Below, in pieces: positions 25,664-35,095 of a DNA stretch of 38,591 nt (positions within the stretch are counted from its first letter, which is position 1; each line of letters begins with the position of its first letter). The notes beneath the pieces were generated by a model. The model was not told where the DNA came from. It worked only from the letters and a program-made list of their open reading frames with translations, and made no database searches. Origin of the DNA: Candidatus Methylomirabilia bacterium. Its GTDB lineage: Bacteria; Methylomirabilota; Methylomirabilia; Rokubacteriales; CSP1-6. Location: assembly GCA_041497895.1 (NCBI GenBank), contig JBGQHJ010000028.1:1-38591 (forward strand), read 5' to 3'. Made by a program: the position numbers and the translations under genes.

Positions 25664-27100
25664 ATGCGCCGAGCGGCCGATTACCTCGCTGGCCTGCGCG
25701 ACGGCCGCGCCGTCTTCCTCGACGGCGAGCGGGTCGCCGACGTGACGAGCCATCCGGCCTTCGCCGAGTCCATCCGCCGTATCGCGGAGCGCTACGAGGC
25801 CGCGCGCGAGGTCCCCGAGATCACCACCTGCCTCGATCCGGCGAGCGGCCGGCGGATCGGCGCGATGTGGCTGATCCCGCGCTCGGCCGAGGACCTGGCG
25901 CGCCGGCGCGCGGTCCACCGCTTCTGGGCCGAGGGCTCGTACGGGCTGATGGGCCGCACCCCCGACCACGTGGCCTCGGTGCTCACCGCCTTCGCGGGCT
26001 GGCGGCAGCTCTTCGACCGCGGGGGCCGGCAGTTCGGCGACAACGTCGTCCGCTTCTACGCCCGGGCGCGCGACGAGGATCTCTACGTGGCCTACGCGAT
26101 CGTGCCGCCCCAGATCGACCGGGGCACGCCGGCCCACCGGCACCCGGAGCCGTTCCTCCACCCGGGGGTGGTGCGGGAGACCGACGCGGGGATCGTCATC
26201 CGCGGCGCCCACTCCATCGCCACGTCGGTCACGATGGCCGACTGGCTCTTCGTGAGCTACATCACCCCGCTCGTCCCGGGAGACGAGGACTACGCGATCT
26301 CGCTGGTGGTGCCGGTGGGCGCGGCGGGGCTCCGGCTGCTGCCGCGGCGGCCCTACGCCACGCTCGCCACCAGCGTCTACGACTACCCGCTCTCCTCGCG
26401 CTTCGACGAGGTGGACACCACCGTGGTCTTCGACGACGTGGTCGTCCCGTGGGAGCACGTCTTCGTCTACCGGAGCGTGGAGCGGGTGGCCGCCCAGTTT
26501 CACGAGTCGCCCGCCCACGTGACCGCGAACTTCCAGTCGCTGGTGCGCTTCGGGGTGAAGCTCGAGCTGCTGGCCGGACTCGCGGTGAAGCTGGTCGAGG
26601 TGGGGCACGGGGAGGGAGATCCGATCACCCAGGCGACCCTGGGCGGCGACATCGCCACCTTCTGCGCGACCTTCGACGCGCTCGTCACCGCGGCCGAGCG
26701 TCACCCCCTGGTGAGCGAGGGCTACGCGCGCCCGCACCCGCGGTACGTGTACGCGGGGATGAGCCTCCAGCGGCGGCTCATCGGCGATCTCTACAAGACG
26801 GTGCGCGAGCTGGCCGGCGGGGCGTTCCAGAACCTGCCGTCGTCGGAGCGGAGCTTCGAGTCGCCGGAGACCCAGGCCGACGTCGAGCGCTACTACCGGT
26901 CGATCGGGACCCCCGCGCGCGACCGGGTGAAGCTCCTCAAGCTGATCTGGGACTTCGTCGGCACCGAGTACGGGGGCCGCCAGCTCCAGTACGAGATGTT
27001 CTACTCCGCGGCCCAGCCGGTGGTGAACCGCCGCATGTTCCGCGCCTACGACTGGGCCGCGGCCCGCGCGATGGTCGACCGTCTCCTGTCAGAGTACTGA
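25664..27100 (+). CDS. 4-hydroxyphenylacetate 3-hydroxylase family flavin-dependent oxygenase component (HpaB-like)
   Basis: YLAGLRDGRAVFLDGERV, GLMGRTPDH, VPPQIDR, YPLSSRFDEVD and GGRQLQYEMFY. Confidence 0.92.
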   Translation: MRRAADYLAGLRDGRAVFLDGERVADVTSHPAFAESIRRIAERYEAAREVPEITTCLDPASGRRIGAMWLIPRSAEDLARRRAVHRFWAEGSYGLMGRTPDHVASVLTAFAGWRQLFDRGGRQFGDNVVRFYARARDEDLYVAYAIVPPQIDRGTPAHRHPEPFLHPGVVRETDAGIVIRGAHSIATSVTMADWLFVSYITPLVPGDEDYAISLVVPVGAAGLRLLPRRPYATLATSVYDYPLSSRFDEVDTTVVFDDVVVPWEHVFVYRSVERVAAQFHESPAHVTANFQSLVRFGVKLELLAGLAVKLVEVGHGEGDPITQATLGGDIATFCATFDALVTAAERHPLVSEGYARPHPRYVYAGMSLQRRLIGDLYKTVRELAGGAFQNLPSSERSFESPETQADVERYYRSIGTPARDRVKLLKLIWDFVGTEYGGRQLQYEMFYSAAQPVVNRRMFRAYDWAAARAMVDRLLSEY

Positions 27101-27102
27101 CC

Positions 27103-27229
27103 GCCGGCAGCGGATAAAGGCCCATCTGCTTCGTTCGCGCCCTCGGCGGCACGCTCGACGTACAGAGAGTACGCCTCGCATGCCGCCTTCGGGCGCCGCC
27201 TCGCAGCTGGACCTTTCTCCGCTGCCGGC
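27103..27229. repeat. 127-bp palindromic MITE/REP-like element between convergent genes
   Basis: 27-nt terminal inverted repeats gccggcagcggataaaggcccatctgc / gcagctggacctttctccgctgccggc (3 mismatches). Nested inner stems and a cgacgtac-N-gtacgcct core. Confidence 0.75.
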
Positions 27230-27975
27230 TAGCGGCGGGCGACTAGGCGGCGGAAGACCGCGCCGTACTCGAAGCCGTAGCCGGCCGCCTGTTCGGCCGC
27301 GTTCTTCTTCACCCGCTCGCCGATGGTCGCGCCCTCCGGCACGTTGAAGCCGGGGACCTGGCTCTGGTGGCGCACGAGGGCCGCGATCTGCCGCTCGATC
27401 CCGGAGGTGACGTCCACGATGATGTCCGGCTCGTCGGCGCCCCAGTACCAGAGCTCGCGCACCTTGTGGGGCTCGAGGCCGTCCCGGGTGATCTGCTCCG
27501 CGAAGTGCAGGTGGTCGCGCGCATAGGGGTAGACCGCGTCCGTGGTCACGATGCCCGCCTTGCGATGGTCGCGATGCTGGAAGCCCTTGATCCGGTACGG
27601 ATCGTGGACGAACACGGTGTGCGGGCGATGGCGGCGGATCGCCCGCACCACGTCGCCCAGAAACTCCCGGGTGTCCTCGAGAAAGCCGTCGGGATACCCG
27701 AGCATCTCCACGTGCCGCACCCCCATGAAGTCGGCGGCGGCCCGCTGCTCGTGCGCCCGCTTGTGCGCGAGCTCGGCCGGGGTCAAGTTGCGGTCGGCGG
27801 TGCCCGCGTCGCCGTTGGTGCACAGCACGTAGGTGACGTCGCAGCCGGCGGCGACCCAGCGGGCGACGACCCCGCCGGAGCCGATCTCGGCGTCGTCGGG
27901 GTGGGCGAAGACGACCATCGCGGATTCGGGGACCTCGGTGACGATCTCGAGCTTGCGGTCGGTGTGGTCGGGCAT
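27229..27975 (-). CDS. PIG-L/LmbE family deacetylase
   Basis: FAHPDDAE, TNGDAG and HRDHR. Confidence 0.92.
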   Translation of the reverse strand: MPDHTDRKLEIVTEVPESAMVVFAHPDDAEIGSGGVVARWVAAGCDVTYVLCTNGDAGTADRNLTPAELAHKRAHEQRAAADFMGVRHVEMLGYPDGFLEDTREFLGDVVRAIRRHRPHTVFVHDPYRIKGFQHRDHRKAGIVTTDAVYPYARDHLHFAEQITRDGLEPHKVRELWYWGADEPDIIVDVTSGIERQIAALVRHQSQVPGFNVPEGATIGERVKKNAAEQAAGYGFEYGAVFRRLVARR

Positions 27976-28016
27976 GGGTACGATCTTAACCGGTCCGCGC
28001 CCCGCGCGGCAGCGGG

Positions 28017-28880
28017 TCAGTCGGCCCGGTCGTGAAGGGTCGCGAGCGTCGCGGGCAGGGCCGCCATCACTTCCCGGAGGCAATCCCGGACCCGGGCGAT
28101 GTTGCCGTCCGCCTTCTCGGGCACCTCGCCGCGGGAGATGAGGGCGATGAACTCCTCCCGGCTGGTCGCCATCAGCAGCGAGGCGTTGATCTCGAGCTGG
28201 AGGGCGTGGACCCGGCGGGCGTCGGGCCGGCCGAAGGTGGCCACGATGTTGCCGCCGGTGTAGCCGGTGACGTTCTCATGTACCTCGAAGCCGTGGCGCG
28301 TGAAGATCGCGGTGACGGTCTCGGCCAGGGCGGGCGCGCAGGTGGCGCCGTGGCGGGTGCCGATGATGACCTGGTGGTCCTTCATGCGGCGGGGACTGCC
28401 GGTGTGGGCGTCCAGCAGGAGGGCATAGCCGTAGGCTTCGCGCAGGCGGCCGAGGAGCGCCTCGCACGTGGTGTAGTACGGATCGTAGAGCGCCCGCAGG
28501 CGCGCTTCGAGGTCCGCCGGCGCGAGGGGCCGGGTGAAGATGGGGACCTCGCGCATGGTGTGCGTGCGCACCACGCCGCGGCGGGAGCGCACCTCCCCGT
28601 CGTGATGCTCGAAATCGTCGCGGCGGCGATTGACGTCCACGAACATGCGGGAGAACGGGGTGGCCAGCACGGTGGCGCCGTGCTCGTGCAGGTCGTGGTA
28701 GAGATCGCTCGCGAAGGTGTCGGCGAAGCCGTAGGCGAAGGTCTCGAACCAGGGCTCCGAGTAATCGTCGCGCGTGATGTGCGGCAAGGGCTGCGTGCCG
28801 TAGTGCGGGACGCTGACCAGGATCGGGGTGCGGGCGCCGGTGACCGGGTGCCGGATGATCGGGAAGGGCTGCTCCCGCAT
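28017..28880 (-). CDS. N-formylglutamate amidohydrolase family protein
   Basis: SVPHYG, SRMFVDVNR, YDPYY, LLDAH and HALQLEIN. Confidence 0.9.
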   Translation of the reverse strand: MREQPFPIIRHPVTGARTPILVSVPHYGTQPLPHITRDDYSEPWFETFAYGFADTFASDLYHDLHEHGATVLATPFSRMFVDVNRRRDDFEHHDGEVRSRRGVVRTHTMREVPIFTRPLAPADLEARLRALYDPYYTTCEALLGRLREAYGYALLLDAHTGSPRRMKDHQVIIGTRHGATCAPALAETVTAIFTRHGFEVHENVTGYTGGNIVATFGRPDARRVHALQLEINASLLMATSREEFIALISRGEVPEKADGNIARVRDCLREVMAALPATLATLHDRAD

Positions 28881-28945
28881 GGCCGGATCGTCCCAGAAGC
28901 GCCGAGAAATCGCAAGATGCGCGGGCGGGGTGTAGTGTTCCCGCT

Positions 28946-29146
28946 GTGCGTGGTGCGGCTCGAGCGATCCCGGTCGCCGTCCTCGGCCTGGCTCTGGCCG
29001 GGCTGACGGGCTGCGCCGCGCCCGGCCCGCCGATACCCCCGACCTACACCCCGGCCGAGCTACGGGCCCAGTGCGAGCGCGGGGGCGGCTGGTGGCACCC
29101 GGACGCGCTGGGAGAGGGGTACTGCGAACCCAACAGCCAGATGTAG
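28946..29146 (+). CDS. Small putative lipoprotein (66 aa)
   Basis: Signal peptide with lipobox LTGC. The mature part carries CERGGGWW...YC (probable disulfide). Confidence 0.7.
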   Translation: MRGAARAIPVAVLGLALAGLTGCAAPGPPIPPTYTPAELRAQCERGGGWWHPDALGEGYCEPNSQM

Positions 29147-29156
29147 GCCGTGGAGG

Positions 29157-30047
29157 CTAGGTGGCCCGCGACTGGACGAAGCGGCCGATGCCGTCGACCG
29201 CGCTCTGGGCCTCGTCGAGCATGGGCAGGAACCAGTGCCAGACGTGGATCATGCGGTCCCACACCTCGATCGTCGCGTCCACGCCCGCCGCCTTCGCCCG
29301 GTCCGCGAGCTGCACCGCATCGTCCAGGAGCACCTCGTCGCTGCCCACGTGGATCAGGAGCGGCGGCAGGCCGCGCAGGTCGGCGAAGAGCGGCGAGGCG
29401 AGCGGGGTCCGCGCGGAGGTGGCGCCGAGATAGGCGCGCGCCATCTCGTCGATCCCGGGCCGCGTCACGATGGGATCGGCCGCCGCCCGGGTCCGGTAGG
29501 TCGCGCCGCTGAACGTCAGGTCCACCCACGGCGAGATGCAGACACCGCCCGCGGGCAGCGGCAGGCGGGCGTCGCGCAGGGCCAGCAGGGTGGCCACCGT
29601 GAGCCCACCGCCGGCGGAGTCGCCGCCGATGACGATGCGGCCCGGGGTGACGCCCTGCTCGAGGAGCCAGCGGTAGGCCGCGGTCGCGTCGTCGACCGCC
29701 GCCGGGTAGGGGTGCTCGGGGGCCAGGCGGTAGTCGAGGAGCAGCGCGCTGGCCTGGCCGGCCGCCGCGATGGCCGCGGCCAGGTGGCGGTGGGAGCGCG
29801 GCGAGCCGATGACGTAGCCGCCCCCGTGGAGGTAGAGCACCACGCGCCCGGGCACCGCGCCGGGCGGCCGCAGCCACTCCGCGGGCGCGACCGGGGCGCT
29901 CACGCGCTCGACCTTGACCTCGGGCGGGGTCGGGAAGACCTTTTCGGCGCGCTCGTACTGGGCACGTCGCTCCGCCACGGTCAGCGAGTCGGACGGGGGA
30001 AGCTTCGCCAGGTGCGCGCGCACGACGTCGATGCCACGGTCGGCCAT
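29157..30047 (-). CDS. HSL-family esterase/lipase
   Basis: LYLHGGGY, GDSAGG, EVLLDD and HVW. GGAGG RBS. Confidence 0.94.
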   Translation of the reverse strand: MADRGIDVVRAHLAKLPPSDSLTVAERRAQYERAEKVFPTPPEVKVERVSAPVAPAEWLRPPGAVPGRVVLYLHGGGYVIGSPRSHRHLAAAIAAAGQASALLLDYRLAPEHPYPAAVDDATAAYRWLLEQGVTPGRIVIGGDSAGGGLTVATLLALRDARLPLPAGGVCISPWVDLTFSGATYRTRAAADPIVTRPGIDEMARAYLGATSARTPLASPLFADLRGLPPLLIHVGSDEVLLDDAVQLADRAKAAGVDATIEVWDRMIHVWHWFLPMLDEAQSAVDGIGRFVQSRAT

Positions 30048-30131
30048 GTCCGGTCCTCCTTGCCGCCGAGCTTAGTCGCGACCGCCGGTTGATACAAGAC
30101 CGGGAGCCGCCGGACGTGGCAGAATGGCGCG

Positions 30132-30968
30132 ATGCCAACGGACCCGCGCCCGGCCGCGCCCGCCTTCCTCTACGGGACCGCCTGGAAGGAGGACCGGACT
30201 CCGGCCCTGGTCGAGCTGGCCGTCCGGAGCGGCTTCCGCGGCATCGACACCGCGAACCAGCGGCGGCACTACTTCGAGGCCGGCGTCGGGCAGGGACTGG
30301 CCGCGGCCTACCGGGCGGGCGTGGTCACGCGAGCGGATCTCTTCCTGCAGACCAAGTTCACGTACCAGCCGGGTCAGGACCACCGGCTGCCCTACGACCC
30401 GGCCGCCGAGCTCTCCACCCAGGTCGCTCAGTCGATGGCCAGCTCGCTCGAGCATCTGGGGACCGACCACGTGGACAGCTATGTCCTGCACGGCCCGGCC
30501 TCCGGCTACGGCTGGAGTGACTACGACGTCGAGGTGTGGGGCGCGATGGACGCCGAGCGCGACGCGGGCCGCACGCGGCGGCTCGGGGTGAGCAATGTCT
30601 CGCTGCTCCACCTCCGGCAGCTGGCCGCCACCGGCGCCCCGATGCCGGCCTTCGTGCAGAACCGCTGCTTCGCCCGTCGCGGCTGGGACCGCGACGTCCG
30701 CTCGTTCTGCCGCGAGCGCGGGATCGTCTACCAGGGGTTCTCGCTCCTCACCGCCAACCCGGAGGTGCTCGGGCACTCGCTGGTCGCCCGCATCGCGGCG
30801 CGGGAGCGGGCCACGCCCGCGCAGGTGGTGTTCCGCTTCGCGCTCGCGGTCGAGATGCTGCCGCTCACCGGCACCTCGGACCGCGAGCACATGACGCAGG
30901 ACCTGGCGAGCGCGACGCTGACGCTCTCCGCCGACGAGGTGGAGACGATCGAGTCGATGGCCGGCTGA
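30132..30968 (+). CDS. Aldo/keto reductase
   Basis: YGTAWK, GFRGIDTA, LFLQTKF, DSYVLHGP and LGVSN. Confidence 0.92.
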   Translation: MPTDPRPAAPAFLYGTAWKEDRTPALVELAVRSGFRGIDTANQRRHYFEAGVGQGLAAAYRAGVVTRADLFLQTKFTYQPGQDHRLPYDPAAELSTQVAQSMASSLEHLGTDHVDSYVLHGPASGYGWSDYDVEVWGAMDAERDAGRTRRLGVSNVSLLHLRQLAATGAPMPAFVQNRCFARRGWDRDVRSFCRERGIVYQGFSLLTANPEVLGHSLVARIAARERATPAQVVFRFALAVEMLPLTGTSDREHMTQDLASATLTLSADEVETIESMAG

Positions 30969-31010
30969 CGCCCGGAAGCCCGAGACCGCCCGAGACGGGA
31001 AAGGATCCGC

Positions 31011-32627
31011 ATGCGATACCGCAAGGGAGCGATGATCGTGGCCGCGCAGCCGGAAGCCACCGAGGCCGGGGCCGACATCCTGAGATCGGGCGGCAACGCG
31101 GTGGACGGGGCGATGGCCTGCGCGCTGGTGCAGGGCGTGGTGGATCCGATGATGTGTGGGCTGGCCGGGTTCGGCAGCTGCGGCATCGTGATGCCGGTGA
31201 CCGGCTTCCACGGCTACGTCGACTTCCACGCGCCCGCGCCGCTCGCGGTCCGCCCCGAGATGTGGGCCGACCGCATCGAGTCCGAGGCCCGCGACGGCTA
31301 CGGCTTCATCCTGCGCGGTCGGGTCAACGACATCGGCTACCAGTCGATCTGCGTGCCGGCGAGCCTGCGGGCTTACCGCGACGCTCACCGGGAGCACGGC
31401 CGGCTGCCGTGGGAGCAGATCGTGGAGCCCGCGATCGCCTGGGCCGAGGGGGGATGGACGGTGCGGCCACACGTGGGCTCGTGGTGGGCGGAGGACGGGC
31501 AGATGGGCCGGGCCGCGAACCACGAGCGCCTCGCCTTCACGCCGGCCTCCCGCGCGCTCTATTGCCGGCCCGACGGCACCCCCAAGCGGGTGGGGGATCG
31601 CGTGGTCAACCGCGACCTCGGCCAGACCCTGCGCCTGGTGGCCAAGCACGGCGACGAGATCTTCTACGAAGGCGAGATCGCCCACGCCATCGTCGAGGAC
31701 ATGCGGCGGCACGACGGCCTGCTCGGGGCGGCGGACCTCTCGGGCTGGCGCACCGTCCGCAACGCGCCGCTCTGGGGCACCTACCGCGGCTACCGCGTCT
31801 CGACCAACCGGCCACCCGGGGGCGGGGTGATGCTGCTCGAGATGCTGAACATCCTGGAGCGCTTCGCCCTCGGCCGGCTCGAGCACAACTCGGCGGAGTA
31901 TCTCCGGATCGTGGCGGAGGCGATGAAGCGGGCGACCGTCGACAAGGACCGCCACGTGGGCGATCCGCGGTTCGTCGAGGTGCCGGTGGAGCGCCTCACC
32001 GGCAAGGAGTACGCGGCGGGCTTCGCGGAGGAGATCCGCGCCGGGAACAAGGCCCGGGTGCCGCGGCTCAACGCGGGCGCCCCGCGGCCGGACACCACCC
32101 ACGTCTCGGTGATCGACGCCGACGGCGGGTGCGTGACCATGACCCACTCGCTCGGCATGCCCTCCGGCGTGATCACCGACGGGCTCGGCTTCATGTACAA
32201 CGGCTGCATGGGCGTCTTCGACCCGCGACCGGGCCAGGCCGGGAGCCTGGCCCCCGGCAAGGCGCGCTTCAGCTCGGTGGTCCCGTCCATCGTGTTCGAG
32301 GGCGAGCGCCCGCACATCGTCATCGGCGCGCCCGGGGCGACCCAGATCGCGATGGGCGTGCTCCAGGTGCTCCTGAACGCCATCGACTTCGACATGACCA
32401 TGGTGGAGGCGGTCAGCGCGCCCCGCTTCTCGGCCACGAGCGACGCCATCGACGTCTCCAACCGCATCCCGCGCGGGGTGCAGCGCGAGCTCGAGGCCCA
32501 GGGCTACGAGGTGGTGCGCAGCCCCAACACCTACGGCGTCGCGGCGGTGCACGCGATCCGGGTGCATCCGGACGGGCTGGACGGGGGCGCGGACCCCGGC
32601 CACGACGGCATCGTGCTGGCGGTCTGA
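31011..32627 (+). CDS. ggt: Gamma-glutamyltransferase family protein (no signal peptide)
   Basis: GGNAVD, autocleavage site DTTHVSVIDADG, IGAPGA and GGADP. Confidence 0.92.
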   Translation: MRYRKGAMIVAAQPEATEAGADILRSGGNAVDGAMACALVQGVVDPMMCGLAGFGSCGIVMPVTGFHGYVDFHAPAPLAVRPEMWADRIESEARDGYGFILRGRVNDIGYQSICVPASLRAYRDAHREHGRLPWEQIVEPAIAWAEGGWTVRPHVGSWWAEDGQMGRAANHERLAFTPASRALYCRPDGTPKRVGDRVVNRDLGQTLRLVAKHGDEIFYEGEIAHAIVEDMRRHDGLLGAADLSGWRTVRNAPLWGTYRGYRVSTNRPPGGGVMLLEMLNILERFALGRLEHNSAEYLRIVAEAMKRATVDKDRHVGDPRFVEVPVERLTGKEYAAGFAEEIRAGNKARVPRLNAGAPRPDTTHVSVIDADGGCVTMTHSLGMPSGVITDGLGFMYNGCMGVFDPRPGQAGSLAPGKARFSSVVPSIVFEGERPHIVIGAPGATQIAMGVLQVLLNAIDFDMTMVEAVSAPRFSATSDAIDVSNRIPRGVQRELEAQGYEVVRSPNTYGVAAVHAIRVHPDGLDGGADPGHDGIVLAV

Positions 32628-32641
32628 TCACGCCGCGGCCC

Positions 32642-35095
32642 ATGCGCACCCGGCGTCTCGGGCTCGCTCTCGTGATCGGCGCGCTGCTGATCGCCGCGCT
32701 GGCGCCGCTCGCGGAGGCGCAGCGCCCCGGCGGCGGCAAGGGGCGGCACCGGGGCCAGGGCCAGGGTCGGGCGACCACCCGGGAGGAGCTGGCTCCCGGC
32801 GAGTACGCGCTCGACGGGGCCGCGGCGATCGAGGCGCTCAACCGCGGTGAGGGCCCGCAGGCGCTCGCCTACTACGAGCGGGCCGGTGATGAGGCCGCGA
32901 AGGACGGCAATCGCGTGCGCGCGGCGCGGGCCTGGCACGCGGCGACGGTGACCGCGCTGAGGCTCGGTCGCTTCCAGAAGGCCATCCAGGACGGCGGGCG
33001 CTCGATCGAGAGCTTCAAGGCCGCGAGCGGGCTGACTCCGCCGGATCTGGGCTCGTGGGCGTCGGTGCACGCCCAGCTCGGCTCCGCGTACCGGGCGGTC
33101 GGCGGCCTGCCGCGGGCCCGCGAGACGCTCGAGGAGGGCGTCGAGCTGATCCGGACCCGCATGAGTGGACGTCGAGAGGATCAGGCCGAGGGGTATCTGC
33201 TCAACGGCTTGGCTCAGGTGGCGTTCGCCCAGCGGGACTACCCGACCGCGCTGGCGCGCAGCACCCAGGCCGCGCAGTTCTTCGAGGCCGTCGAGAATCG
33301 GCTGCCCGCAAAGGCGCCGGAGCGCCTCCGTACCAAGCTGCGCCGCTGGAACGCCGCGTCGCTCTCGGTGGTCGGCCGCGCCCAGCTCGCGCTCGGCCAT
33401 CCCGACGAGGCCGACCGGGCCTTCGACCGCGGCCTCCACTACGCGCGCCTGAGCGGGCTGCGCGACACCGAGGCCGACATGCTCGCGGGCCAGGGCGGTC
33501 TGGCCCTCGCGCGGCAGGACTGGTCCCGGGCGCTCGGCATCTACCAGCAGGCGATCGCGCTCGCGACCCAGGTCAAGCGCCTCGGCCGCCTGCCCGGGCT
33601 CTACCAGGGGCAGGCCCGCGCGCTGGCCGGTCTCGGCCGGACGGAAGAGGCCTTCGCGGCCTCGCGCGAGGCGGTGCGGCACATCGAGGAGCTCCGCGCG
33701 GACCTGGGTGACTCGGACCTCCGCACCGGGTTCTTCGAGGACAAGCAGGGCATCTACCAGCACGCGGTGTCGATGGCGCTCCAGGCGGGCCATCCGGAGG
33801 ACGCCTTCACGCTGGCCGAGCAGAGCCGCTCCCGCACCTTCCTCGACCTGCTCGGCAGCCAGACCACGCTCTCGAAGGGCCGCACCCGCGCCCTGGTCGA
33901 CGAGGAGGTGCGGCTGCGGGCGCGCCTGGCCCAGGCCCGGGCGGACGCCGAGGACGTGGACGGGTCGACGGACGCGGATGCGGCTCGAGCTGCGGCCGAG
34001 ACGCTCGAGGGCGACTACCGCGCCTTCCTCGATCGCGTGCGCAAGGAGAGCCTGGAGCAGGCCTCGCTGATGGCGGTGGATCCGGTGACGCTGCCCGAGA
34101 TCCAGCGCCTGCTGCCCGCGGGCACGACCCTGCTCGAGTACCAGGTGGGCGAGGGCGGCGTGGTGGTGTGGATCCTGGATCGGGAGCGCTTCAAGATGGT
34201 GCGGCTGCCCGGCGACCGCCAGTCGCTCCTCGCGCAGGTGCGGCGCTTCCGCGCCGCGATCGCCGGGCAGGCCCCGCTGGCCGAGGTCCTGCAGCAGGCC
34301 CAGGCCCTCTACCACCGGCTGCTCGCACCCGCGCGCGGGGAGATTCGCGGCGACCGGATCGTGATCGTGCCGCACGCGATCCTGCACTACCTGCCGTTCG
34401 CCGCGCTCCGCTCGCCGGCCGGCCGCTGGCTCGTGGAGGACTTCGCGCTGAGCACGCTGCCGAGCGCGAGCGTGCTCCGCTACCTGGTCGACAAGGGCGC
34501 GGACGCTCCCGCGCGCGCCCTCGTGGTCGGCAACCCCGACCTGGGCGCGGGGCTCGCGCTGCCGTGGGCCGAGCGCGAGGCCCGCATGGTCGGCCAGCAC
34601 GAGCGCGAGGCCACCGTGCTGGTCGGGGCCGACGCCACCGAGGGGCAGGTCAAGACGCTGCTCGGCACGGTGGGCCTCGTCCACCTCGCGACCCACGGGG
34701 AGCTCAGCGAGTCCGACCCCCTCTCGTCCGCCATCTTGCTCGCCCCGGGCGACGGCGAGGACGGCCGCCTCGAGGTCCGCGAGGTGTTCGGGCTCGATCT
34801 CCACGCGCGGCTGGTGGTCCTCTCCGCGTGCGAGACCGGCCTCGGCCAGCTCTCGCGCGGCGACGAGCTGGTGGGCCTCCAGCGCGCGTTCCTGTACGCG
34901 GGCACGCCCGCGGTCGTGACCACCCTGTGGAAGGTCGACGACCGCTCGAGCTTCGAGCTGATCCGCGCCTTCTACGATCGCCTCGACGCCGCGGGCCCGG
35001 TGACCGCGCTCCGCCAGGCGCAGCTCGAGACGCAGCGCGCGTTTCCGCATCCCTTTGCCTGGGCCGCCTTCGGCCTGACCGGCGTCTCGCGCTGA
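32642..35095 (+). CDS. Secreted TPR + CHAT (caspase-like) domain protein
   Basis: Sec-type signal (MRTRRLGLALVIGALLIAALAPLAEA), TPR helices, catalytic HLATHG and LSACETG, and HPFAWAAF end. Confidence 0.92.
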   Translation: MRTRRLGLALVIGALLIAALAPLAEAQRPGGGKGRHRGQGQGRATTREELAPGEYALDGAAAIEALNRGEGPQALAYYERAGDEAAKDGNRVRAARAWHAATVTALRLGRFQKAIQDGGRSIESFKAASGLTPPDLGSWASVHAQLGSAYRAVGGLPRARETLEEGVELIRTRMSGRREDQAEGYLLNGLAQVAFAQRDYPTALARSTQAAQFFEAVENRLPAKAPERLRTKLRRWNAASLSVVGRAQLALGHPDEADRAFDRGLHYARLSGLRDTEADMLAGQGGLALARQDWSRALGIYQQAIALATQVKRLGRLPGLYQGQARALAGLGRTEEAFAASREAVRHIEELRADLGDSDLRTGFFEDKQGIYQHAVSMALQAGHPEDAFTLAEQSRSRTFLDLLGSQTTLSKGRTRALVDEEVRLRARLAQARADAEDVDGSTDADAARAAAETLEGDYRAFLDRVRKESLEQASLMAVDPVTLPEIQRLLPAGTTLLEYQVGEGGVVVWILDRERFKMVRLPGDRQSLLAQVRRFRAAIAGQAPLAEVLQQAQALYHRLLAPARGEIRGDRIVIVPHAILHYLPFAALRSPAGRWLVEDFALSTLPSASVLRYLVDKGADAPARALVVGNPDLGAGLALPWAEREARMVGQHEREATVLVGADATEGQVKTLLGTVGLVHLATHGELSESDPLSSAILLAPGDGEDGRLEVREVFGLDLHARLVVLSACETGLGQLSRGDELVGLQRAFLYAGTPAVVTTLWKVDDRSSFELIRAFYDRLDAAGPVTALRQAQLETQRAFPHPFAWAAFGLTGVSR

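Noticed and set aside
30536..35095. 1519-aa ORF as a giant protein
   Set aside because: The N-terminal ~700 codons are a shadow frame over the AKR and GGT genes. The real CHAT gene starts at ATG 32642.
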